Positions 56,397 through 64,000 of a stretch of DNA of 64,000 nucleotides are shown here, one piece after another. A program made the position numbers and the translations under genes. The DNA lies in IMG/VR virus record IMGVR_UViG_3300021085_000025, positions 1,205-65,204 of that record; one strand, given 5' to 3'. Positions within the stretch are counted from its first letter, which is position 1. Each line of letters starts with the position of its first letter. The stretch is from a virus. Taxonomy: Duplodnaviria > Caudoviricetes. The notes below the pieces were generated by a model. The model saw only the letters and a list, made by a program, of their open reading frames with translations. It ran no database searches and was not told the origin of the DNA.

Positions 56397-57314
56397 CTAT
56401 ATATTATTTCGAAAGACAAAATCAATTGCTCTTTCTGCTTCTTTTACCATATCCCGTTTACCATACCATCCACCAGTGTCATTGTCCAAGTCTGAACAAA
56501 TCCAGGCAATTTCTTTTGCTGAGATGGGATAACCTCTCTGCATTGCATTGCCTGCGGTAGAAACCATAATTTTGTACATCTGTAAATACCAGCCAGAGCC
56601 AGTAATTTTTTTGTAATCTTCAATTTGTTTCTTATTTACAAAAGGGCAGTCTTGATATCCTGTCCATGAAAAGTCAGTGTTATTGAGTTTTTCTTGTCGA
56701 TGTTGTATAAGACTCCTTTTAATAGAGTCAGGTAACTTATCGAAAAACGATTCATTTTGTACGACGTATCTGTGTCGTTCCATGAGTTCATTTGGATCCA
56801 TGGTAATTCCATCGTGTGTGAATATGAAGTTATACGACCCTTTGTATCTTGAAGGGACGTAGTACATTCTGCTAAGATCTTTTGTTTGGGCATCTGCGAT
56901 GTCTCCTATTTCTTTGTTTAGTGCAAACCAAAAATGTTTGATTTTATCAGCATCAACATATTGTGTTAATGGAAATACTAATCTAAACTTTGGATGTGCT
57001 TCGGTTGAGCTTGCTGTCGAATAGCAAACGTATTTGTATTTAGAATACTTTTCATGAATATCATCAATAGATCCTTCATAATCATCGACATCGACAATGC
57101 CGAAACCACCCCAACTAACAACATTCGCATTAGCTCGAGTAGTTTCGGTCTTATATGTGGCCGGTGATATTAAAGGAGCATCAGCTTTTTTCTGATACTT
57201 ATCACTATTGGCCAATTTGTATAATACTTTTTCAAAGTCATCAAACGAATTATAATCAACTCGCTTATCAGTTTTGTTATCGTATATACTATCGAATATC
57301 GTTAAAGATACCAT
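56397..57314 (-). CDS. AEP/PrimPol-type primase-like protein
   Basis: VDVDD, YST.S, PKFRLVFPL, KD.SR.YY.P. Confidence 0.6.
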   Translation of the reverse strand: MVSLTIFDSIYDNKTDKRVDYNSFDDFEKVLYKLANSDKYQKKADAPLISPATYKTETTRANANVVSWGGFGIVDVDDYEGSIDDIHEKYSKYKYVCYSTASSTEAHPKFRLVFPLTQYVDADKIKHFWFALNKEIGDIADAQTKDLSRMYYVPSRYKGSYNFIFTHDGITMDPNELMERHRYVVQNESFFDKLPDSIKRSLIQHRQEKLNNTDFSWTGYQDCPFVNKKQIEDYKKITGSGWYLQMYKIMVSTAGNAMQRGYPISAKEIAWICSDLDNDTGGWYGKRDMVKEAERAIDFVFRNNI

Positions 57315-57702
57315 GGTTACCTTCGTGAGATGGAGCTTTCCAACCTTCGGGTTTCATTAGGTCTGGAAGTCCTAATGGATTTGGTCGGCCTTCTTTTACG
57401 CCGACAGTTTTTGTTATATTAGCTTTTAGAACTTCATCCCAAGCTTTATACGCATCAACGTTGAAAGCGTCAAGTGTTCCGATTGCTACAACACAGAGAT
57501 CAATTAAACCATCGACGATTTCTTCACCATCCATAGTCTCATATGCTTTTTTAGTTTCGTCCAGTTCTTCTTGCAAAAAGTCAATACGGAACTTTAAAAA
57601 CTTTTTAAGCTTTTCAGTGTCTGCTTTATTATCGAATACCCAATCAAGAGTTCCAAATTTATCTTGCATCTTTTCGATGTCTTCTACCCAGTTCTTACTC
57701 AT
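57289..57702 (-). CDS. MazG-like/all-alpha NTP pyrophosphohydrolase
   Basis: EELDE...EIVDGLID, AN..K, KPEGW. Confidence 0.8.
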   Translation of the reverse strand: MSKNWVEDIEKMQDKFGTLDWVFDNKADTEKLKKFLKFRIDFLQEELDETKKAYETMDGEEIVDGLIDLCVVAIGTLDAFNVDAYKAWDEVLKANITKTVGVKEGRPNPLGLPDLMKPEGWKAPSHEGNHGIFNDIR

Positions 57703-57974
57703 ACTATGATTCCTTGCTTTTGGGGCGTAACAATTCCACTAGTCATAGATCTGATTTGATCTACAATTTCGTCAACCGGATCTACAATCATGACTACAAA
57801 TTTCTTATCAATTATGAATTGCTCATTTTTAGCATAGGCCATAAATGGAATAAATCCAATCTTGCCCGGCTCTGTAGCAATCATAGAAAACGCATCTGTA
57901 ATAGCTACTACATTTTCTGTTTCTACGACATTACAAATGACTTCATCACCTGTTGTCAATCTTACTATTTTCAT
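57699..57974 (-). CDS. Sm-like small conserved phage protein
   Basis: IVRL.TGDEVI, PF..Y, SGIVTP. Confidence 0.55.
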   Translation of the reverse strand: MKIVRLTTGDEVICNVVETENVVAITDAFSMIATEPGKIGFIPFMAYAKNEQFIIDKKFVVMIVDPVDEIVDQIRSMTSGIVTPQKQGIIV

Positions 57975-57997
57975 TTTTTTTCTCCTGTATATGGTAT

Positions 57998-58027
57998 ATT
58001 ATAACACAACTCTAGTGGTTTGTACAC
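57998..58027 (-). promoter_or_regulatory. Early promoter GTGTACA-N17-TATAAT
   Basis: Consensus match. Confidence 0.75.
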
Positions 58028-58035
58028 AGTTATTT

Positions 58036-60552
58036 TTAAAAGAATTCATCTAGGGTTGCTATCTCTTTAGAATTCCATCCAACTGCTAATAGAATTGGAT
58101 CGATAACATCTAAGAACGTCTTATTAAATTGTGTATCATAATCAATATAGCGATGTAAGCCAAACTCTTCTGGAAGGTAGTCTAAGAAAGAAATTACATT
58201 TTCCTTAATGTGGTTTGGTGTTCGTAAGTATATAAACTTAATTTTCTCGCCATTTTGAATTTTATTGTATTGCTTATCTAGTGAAAGATCTTTTAACATT
58301 TTGTTGTACAAGATACCGCCGCGGGCATGGATCGGAGTTCCTTTGCGGTAGATTGTTTGTTTGTCTCTAAATTGAGTGAGATTTGTAATTCCTCTAGGGA
58401 ATGCAATCTGATCTGGAGACAGCGTTTTAAAGTACGTTCGGAATGATTCGATGTTGTTTTGCACATCACGTTCAGTTCCGACAATGATAGTTTTAAACAT
58501 CTCTTTTAAAGCTTCACGACATGGTGCCGGAGTCGAAGATTTAATAGCTTCGATACCCATAATTTTTAGTTTAGGTTCAGCATAACGAACACCTTCATTA
58601 TCTAGGACATTTAGAATGTAGCGTTTCTTAGCAGTCCAAATACCACGATCAGCAATAGCTTCACGTTTCATCACCATACGATTTTCGATACCACCCATGA
58701 TATCAAACAATTCTGTATAAGATTTTTCTAGGACGTCTTCAAGTTTTTCTTTACAAACTGTGTCGACAAACTCCAATGGATTTTTTGGATTAACGGCTGA
58801 AACAAGATCGTCTAAGCAGACATACACTGAATCGGTATCGATTGCGAGGACATAGTCTTTCTTAGTCTTAAGCACTGAGTTGAGGTAAGTATTAATTGCT
58901 TTTTCAGCCCATCTGATTGTAAGCTGTCCAGTAAGTGTAATTCCTTCTGCGATTCGCTGATCGAAGAATCTGAAATATTTGTTGCCGAGAGCACCATAAA
59001 GAGAATTAAGGAGAATTTTAATAGACATTTGTTGATTCTCTGCGATAGCGATATCTCGCTGCACTCTGTATAATTCTTGTTTGTCATTTTTATCAATCCT
59101 TTCTAGTTCTTTCTGAGATGCGATCATTTGTCGTTTAATTACAACACGCTCGCTGTACATTTCATCAATGATCTTTGGTAGAATGCCTTGCTCATCGGTT
59201 TTGAAATACTGACCTGAGGCAGAAGCACATTCGTTAGCGTCAAGTCTAGGTTTAATTTCTCCAGAAAGAAGACTATCAACATTGACATTTGCAACTTTGC
59301 CTGGAATAATAGTTTCTGGAGACATGTTGTTCTGCATAATAATTGATGGATATAGTGAGTTTAAGTCAAAAGAAACTACCCATTCGTGCATTCCTACATG
59401 TGGATCTTTTACATAACCACCCGGATATGGAGTTTTAAACTTCTCTTCAGCGAATGGAATTATAACTTGATTTGCATAAAGATTACGGAATATGATAGCA
59501 TCCCATATTGCAGTAGTACCCATGACATCGCTGTAGTTTACACCGCCACGATATGCCATAGTTAAAGCAAGTGTAATCAATCCCATTTTATCTTCGAATC
59601 GATCTACTAGATCAACGTCTTTGATGTTATAGTCAATAAACTTTTGATGATCATGTTTGTAAAGAGTATGCAAATTGCCATGTTCTTCGTAACTTAGTTT
59701 TTTCTCACCGAGAACAACTGAAGCAATATGATCAAGTTTATAAGTTTCTTGTGGGCCATAAGAGTAACCAAACTTTTTAAATAAGTCCAGGTAATCCATC
59801 TGAGCAATACCCTGTATTTCATATGCCATTTGCTTACGTTGCATTGTCGTAATATCACGACGATCGATCAATCCCCATGGGGATAATCTACGAACAAACT
59901 CTTCACCGTGAATTTTAATAATGCGATTTACAATATAAGGTATATCAAAAAACCGTGAATTCCATCCGGTGATTACATCTGGACATTGCGATGGTAAAGA
60001 CCAATGCGCAATGAATTCAAGTAAAAGCTCTGATTCAGTTTTGCAATGCTTATAGACAACACGATTTTCTTGCATGATGCTGTTTTCTACATCATAGCCT
60101 TTAAGACCCCAAACATAGAACGTGTTGTCAATATTATTTTTCATACAGATTGCTGTAATTTCATGTGCAGCTTCTTCAGGCACTGGAAATCCTGCATCTG
60201 ATTGTACCTCGATATCGATCGTGGTTACATTAATGAGATTACGATCAAATTTGATTTCACCTGGGAATTCGTCGTTGATAAAAGCCGGAATGTGTTTGTT
60301 GTTACCGTAAATGTGTCTACCAACAACTTGTGAATTTACCTGTAACCACTCTTTTGCGTCGCGCATAGAATCAAATTTGATTGGAGACACCTTAGCTCCA
60401 TCAAGCGATTTCCACGCAGAAGGTTTTGCCGTACTTACGAAATAAGTCGGTTGATATTTGATTTTTGTTTGTATTTTTTTGCCGCTTCTGTATCCGCGAT
60501 ACAGCAATGAATTGCCATAACGAGAAACGTTTGTGTAAAATTTTGTATTCAT
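58036..60552 (-). CDS. 43: DNA polymerase family B gp43
   Basis: DIEV exo, FDIPY, DLNSLYPS, KILLNSLYG, DTDS, KKRY. Confidence 0.97.
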   Translation of the reverse strand: MNTKFYTNVSRYGNSLLYRGYRSGKKIQTKIKYQPTYFVSTAKPSAWKSLDGAKVSPIKFDSMRDAKEWLQVNSQVVGRHIYGNNKHIPAFINDEFPGEIKFDRNLINVTTIDIEVQSDAGFPVPEEAAHEITAICMKNNIDNTFYVWGLKGYDVENSIMQENRVVYKHCKTESELLLEFIAHWSLPSQCPDVITGWNSRFFDIPYIVNRIIKIHGEEFVRRLSPWGLIDRRDITTMQRKQMAYEIQGIAQMDYLDLFKKFGYSYGPQETYKLDHIASVVLGEKKLSYEEHGNLHTLYKHDHQKFIDYNIKDVDLVDRFEDKMGLITLALTMAYRGGVNYSDVMGTTAIWDAIIFRNLYANQVIIPFAEEKFKTPYPGGYVKDPHVGMHEWVVSFDLNSLYPSIIMQNNMSPETIIPGKVANVNVDSLLSGEIKPRLDANECASASGQYFKTDEQGILPKIIDEMYSERVVIKRQMIASQKELERIDKNDKQELYRVQRDIAIAENQQMSIKILLNSLYGALGNKYFRFFDQRIAEGITLTGQLTIRWAEKAINTYLNSVLKTKKDYVLAIDTDSVYVCLDDLVSAVNPKNPLEFVDTVCKEKLEDVLEKSYTELFDIMGGIENRMVMKREAIADRGIWTAKKRYILNVLDNEGVRYAEPKLKIMGIEAIKSSTPAPCREALKEMFKTIIVGTERDVQNNIESFRTYFKTLSPDQIAFPRGITNLTQFRDKQTIYRKGTPIHARGGILYNKMLKDLSLDKQYNKIQNGEKIKFIYLRTPNHIKENVISFLDYLPEEFGLHRYIDYDTQFNKTFLDVIDPILLAVGWNSKEIATLDEFF

Positions 60553-60572
60553 AGTATAACCATTTCAATTTT

Positions 60573-60705
60573 ATATGTACATATTATATCATATTTTAAA
60601 CATGTTGTACACTTTTATGTGTGATATGTACATATTATATCGTTTTATAAACATGTTGTACACTTTTATGTACGAAAAAGTGTCAATATACTACACTTTT
60701 ATGTA
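60573..60705 (-). repeat. 51-bp-period tandem repeat carrying two early promoters plus a partial third copy
   Basis: ATATGTACATATTATATC...AAACATGTTGTACACTTTTATGT at 60573 and 60624; TACACTTTTATGTA again at 60692. Confidence 0.8.
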
Positions 60706-60707
60706 GG

Positions 60708-60733
60708 AAAATTGGGAGAGATTACTCTCTCCC
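60708..60733 (-). terminator. Probable terminator hairpin
   Basis: GGGAGAGA-GTAA-TCTCTCCC followed by AATTTT. Confidence 0.6.
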
Positions 60734-60745
60734 GCTCAGATTCCT

Positions 60746-60865
60746 TTAGAATGAATTCGATTGCAAATAAATTATAAATGGTGAAATTAATAAAATCCCA
60801 CTCATTAAAAATATTAGTTCGAATCCAGTCCTAATGCCATCTTTGTGTTTACGTATGTAACCCAT
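60746..60865 (-). CDS. Small membrane peptide (39 aa)
   Basis: MGYIRKHKDG..FELIFLMSGILLISPFIIYL with GGAG RBS, read manually. Confidence 0.5.
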   Translation of the reverse strand: MGYIRKHKDGIRTGFELIFLMSGILLISPFIIYLQSNSF

Positions 60866-60924
60866 GATTTGACTCCAGTAAATTGATTATTACAATCCAC
60901 TGAGTTTTCGCTGCTCACCAGAAT

Positions 60925-61380
60925 TTATTCTTGAATAAATTCCTTCTTCTTTGATGCCCCAGCAGACCCGATTTCGATCTTCCTAGGACGCCTCTCTTCA
61001 GGAACTTCCACTCTGGCATTCACCACAAGTATCCCATTCATAAGATTAGCCCCGTCTATTACGACAAATTCTGAGAGCCGGAAGGACTTCTCAAATTTGC
61101 GGGATGAAATCCCTTTGTGTGCGTATTCACGATCATCATCATCAACGTGTTGACCCTTAATTAAAAGAATACCATCCTTAACTTCAATTGATATATCATC
61201 ATCTGAAAATCCAGCGACAGCAAGCTCAATGTTGAAATTATCAGCATCGATCTTTACTACATTATGGGGTGGGTAATTGTCCTGAGATCTTCCAGCTTGG
61301 TGGATTCTTTCAAGTTCATTTAATATTGGATCAAATCCAATGAATAGCGAACGCGGTACGTTCATAGTATTTCTTACCAT
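60925..61380 (-). CDS. Small heat-shock protein Hsp20 (IbpA-like)
   Basis: NYPPHN, ELAVAGF, HKGIS.R.F, A.L.NG.L, PEE.RP.KI.I. Confidence 0.93.
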   Translation of the reverse strand: MVRNTMNVPRSLFIGFDPILNELERIHQAGRSQDNYPPHNVVKIDADNFNIELAVAGFSDDDISIEVKDGILLIKGQHVDDDDREYAHKGISSRKFEKSFRLSEFVVIDGANLMNGILVVNARVEVPEERRPRKIEIGSAGASKKKEFIQE

Positions 61381-61449
61381 TTTGTTTCTCCTTTATAAAG
61401 CAAGATTAATATACGGACCCGAACAATTCGGCATCCGTAATTATTTATA
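61381..61449 (-). promoter_or_regulatory. Late promoter plus two-hairpin ROSE-like 5' leader
   Basis: TATAAATA 61442-61449; hairpin ACGGATGCCGAATTGTTCGGGTCCGT; UCUUGCUU pairs with the AAGGAGA SD with a bulged G. Confidence 0.65.
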
Positions 61450-61537
61450 CAAGTTTATTTGTTAGTTTAAGCATTTATTGCAGACCTTGTTTAGTCTACT
61501 ACACTTCATAAGCTTGTGGAACTTCTTCCACGCCTTT

Positions 61538-61972
61538 CTAATTTTTTTCTCCATTGTTACTATTTCCTATATTGTACTTAGGACATAGTTGCCATTGTGT
61601 TTTTTCCTTAAACGGAATTACTTTAATCTGCCTTAACGGTGCAATATCCTTAGCTTGATCGGCGGTAACGAAAGTTACAAGTCCCCAATCTGCCAGCAAT
61701 GTAGCAATTGTATTCCTACGCTGGATATCGTTCAACATTAAGTTAGAAGGTTTCCCATCTAATAAGAATAACTCTTTAAAATGCACAATAAAGTATCTAC
61801 CTTGTTTGTGCAATATATGACATGATTGGTATAGCTTTTGATCTTTCCTAGACGCTACTCCAATTCGGGTTAATGTTTCTCTAATTTTGAGAAAGTCATC
61901 TGGTTCGTTGAGAGTAATCTCCAACATAGATGCTGGAGTCCACTGGACTTCAATACTATTTTCGTTTTCCAC
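61538..61972 (-). CDS. regA: Translational repressor RegA
   Basis: DDFLKIRETLTRIG, LYQSCHILHKQGRY.IVHFKELF, W.L..KY.IG. Confidence 0.96.
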   Translation of the reverse strand: MENENSIEVQWTPASMLEITLNEPDDFLKIRETLTRIGVASRKDQKLYQSCHILHKQGRYFIVHFKELFLLDGKPSNLMLNDIQRRNTIATLLADWGLVTFVTADQAKDIAPLRQIKVIPFKEKTQWQLCPKYNIGNSNNGEKN

Positions 61973-62336
61973 CTTTATACATCCTTATTTTCAATTCGTT
62001 AATTTGTGCGTCATTTAATAATGACAGTACAGATTTAGCTTTTTCATTACTATATCCATAATATTCTTTTATAAATTCCAAGTTCTCTATGTTAATAGGC
62101 TTTGCCCATTTAGAGAATCTCTTCTTCTTCTTAACTATATTTATAAAAAAATCAAATTGAAGACGGTGATCTATATGGTGATTCAAGTTCATTTCATTTG
62201 CGAAAAGAATCGTGTCGGGAAAATACGAAAGTCCTCGATTGACCATAAATGACGTGTATGCTTTTTCAGCCACATCATCAACCATTATATCCTTTTTAGT
62301 TGTATTAATCGCGTTTAGATAATCGAAGGGGCTCAT
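61956..62336 (-). CDS. 62: Clamp loader small subunit gp62
   Basis: FMVNRGLS...D...ANEMN, KRFSKW, YYGYS..KA. Confidence 0.9.
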   Translation of the reverse strand: MSPFDYLNAINTTKKDIMVDDVAEKAYTSFMVNRGLSYFPDTILFANEMNLNHHIDHRLQFDFFINIVKKKKRFSKWAKPINIENLEFIKEYYGYSNEKAKSVLSLLNDAQINELKIRMYKGGKRK

Positions 62337-63268
62337 CGAAATGAAACCCCCGCCATTACCTCAGTGAGACAAGCAACAGTATTTAATTCATGATCAGCAA
62401 CAAAAGAATTTTTGTATTGATAGTCTGCTAGAATAAGTACCAATTGAGGTATACTCTGAGGATCAATATAATCATTCATGTTATCATAAATTTTACGATA
62501 AATTGCTGCAGGTTCAGAATCAATATTGTTACTTACCCACTGACGCATACCTTTAAAGTTCTTCTCTTTCAAATGAATCATAAGATCATTGAGAGACACC
62601 TCCGATAAAGATACTAAGATGCCTGTGTCAATAGTACCGCTACTACTGTAACGCTGCAGTTCATTAAGAACCTTGCGCCAATCAGGCATATGTTTCATAA
62701 TAAGTTCAGCGACTACCCTCTCATCATAAGTAATACCCTCATCCTTAAGGATACTAGTACATCTTTTGAGAAATTGTCCACAAAGTGGTGCTGAATCTTT
62801 CTTTGAAACGTTAAACTCAATTGTAGTACAACGAGAATGCAATGGTTCAATGATTCGATTCTTAAAATTGCATGTCAATATAAATCGACAGTTATTAGAG
62901 AACTCCTCAATGAAACCACGCAATGCGGGTTGTGTTGATTGAGCATTAAGATAATCTGCTTCGTCAAGGATAACTACTTTGTAGCCGCCTTGTAACGAAA
63001 CAGTAGATGCAAATTGTTTAATCTTATTTCGAAGCGTATCAATGCCAGACTCTTCGGATCCATTGATCAAAAGAAAATCTAGGTCAAGTTCATTACACAG
63101 AGCTTTCGCGACTGTTGTTTTACCTAAGCCGGCTGTCCCGGTAAGAAGCATATTGTGTAGGTCACCTCCTCTAACAATATCTTCAAAGGTTTTCTTGATT
63201 GATTTAGGCAAAATACAATCTTGAATTTTCTGTGGTCGATATTTTTCAACCCAAAGAAATTCTGACAT
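62333..63268 (-). CDS. 44: Clamp loader large subunit gp44
   Basis: WVEKYRP, G.GKTT, DEAD, SRC. Confidence 0.95.
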   Translation of the reverse strand: MSEFLWVEKYRPQKIQDCILPKSIKKTFEDIVRGGDLHNMLLTGTAGLGKTTVAKALCNELDLDFLLINGSEESGIDTLRNKIKQFASTVSLQGGYKVVILDEADYLNAQSTQPALRGFIEEFSNNCRFILTCNFKNRIIEPLHSRCTTIEFNVSKKDSAPLCGQFLKRCTSILKDEGITYDERVVAELIMKHMPDWRKVLNELQRYSSSGTIDTGILVSLSEVSLNDLMIHLKEKNFKGMRQWVSNNIDSEPAAIYRKIYDNMNDYIDPQSIPQLVLILADYQYKNSFVADHELNTVACLTEVMAGVSFR

Positions 63269-63525
63269 TATAGTACCTCCCAACCAAGAACTGTATCTAG
63301 TCTAAAAGAACGCCATGCGTCTTTATCCAAAGACCAAGCAGCGATGTGTTCAGTGCTTGGATCTATGTTTTCGACAACGGTTTTAATACCATTAGCTTCT
63401 AGAACAATCGGGTTGAGAGAACAGGGCATGACTCGTATTTCATCTGAGTCGATTTTTTGAAAGGTTACTGTTACAGTACCTCTTTTAAGTGCTTCGATTA
63501 AGCGCGACGTTTCATTGCGATCCAT
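63268..63525 (-). CDS. WYL-like/SH3 small protein
   Basis: V.F.K.D...R.M.C.L ... WRSFR. Confidence 0.65.
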   Translation of the reverse strand: MDRNETSRLIEALKRGTVTVTFQKIDSDEIRVMPCSLNPIVLEANGIKTVVENIDPSTEHIAAWSLDKDAWRSFRLDTVLGWEVL

Positions 63526-63547
63526 AATATATCCTTCATAATAAAAT

Positions 63548-63574
63548 TAATAAAATACGGGGGAGCTACCCCCG
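63548..63574 (-). terminator. Terminator hairpin
   Basis: CGGGGG-TAGCT-CCCCCG followed by TATTTTATT. Confidence 0.65.
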
Positions 63575-63591
63575 AATTAAGCTAAGACAAT

Positions 63592-63870
63592 TTAAGCTTC
63601 TTCAGCTTCAACTGTTTCAGGTAGATCGGCACCTTCTGGTACCATACCTTGTGGAGCATCTTGGCCTTGAGCTTCAGACGCAGCATTTAGAAATGCTACA
63701 GTCTTGTTTCTTAGACCACCAACAGCTTCCATTTCCTGCCCTTCGAAACCACCTCTTTTAGAACAGATATCGATAATCTGTACGAAAGTTGCGATGTCTT
63801 GTAGAGACAGTTGTGGAGCTTGTTGCTCTTCGCCTTCTGATGGAAGGACTTTATCTTGTAGTTCAGTCAT
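63592..63870 (-). CDS. Conserved acidic hypothetical protein
   Basis: L.L.D....QIID..S.RG.F.G.E...VG. Confidence 0.6.
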   Translation of the reverse strand: MTELQDKVLPSEGEEQQAPQLSLQDIATFVQIIDICSKRGGFEGQEMEAVGGLRNKTVAFLNAASEAQGQDAPQGMVPEGADLPETVEAEEA

Positions 63871-63981
63871 TTGTTTCTCCTTTGCAAAGTAGACTAATTA
63901 TGAGAGACCCGACCAATTCGGCATCTTCTCGTATTATCCTCATAATATTATGAGAATTTTTTCTGTGCATAGTTATTTATA
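63871..63981 (-). promoter_or_regulatory. Late promoter plus leader sharing the hsp20 hairpin motif
   Basis: TATAAATA 63974-63981; GATGCCGAATTGGTCGGGTC; CTTTGCAAAGGAGAAACAAATG. Confidence 0.6.
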
Positions 63982-64000
63982 CACCGAAACTTGATGATTT

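Noticed and set aside
1-64000. Alternative genetic code
   Set aside because: Core genes translate full length in code 11 and all three stop codons are used

Overview
A 64-kb segment of a T4-like myophage genome (AT-rich, almost all genes on the minus strand). The host is probably a marine or aquatic proteobacterium; this is inferred from the IscU, bS21, GroES and NrdAB types and the curli genes. The window holds baseplate/tail genes (gp27-like, 53, 48, 4, 2, 54, 26, 51-like, tape measure), replication/transcription genes (32, 59, 33, rnh, 41, uvsX, 43, regA, 62, 44), nucleotide metabolism (nrdAB, grx, thyX, dCMP deaminase), host-like genes (phoH, iscU, rpsU, groES, hsp20, class II aldolase) and one tRNA-Arg(UCU). 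The most notable observations are: (1) an operon coupling a T4 gp42-type dCMP hydroxymethylase with an amino-acid:DNA-transferase-like protein, a PLP enzyme and an SGNH protein, suggesting an undescribed cytosine hypermodification pathway; (2) a late operon joining endolysin, CsgF/CsgG, two curlin-like proteins, a FecR protein and a CHASE2 adenylate cyclase; (3) a block of about 11 proteins with T4 internal-protein-like capsid-targeting N-termini; (4) a probable -1 frameshift fusing gp26 to a gp51-like ORF; (5) several cis elements: 17 early promoters, a 23-bp upstream repeat, a shared ROSE-like leader and a candidate small RNA. All calls come from motif recognition by eye; no database searches were run.
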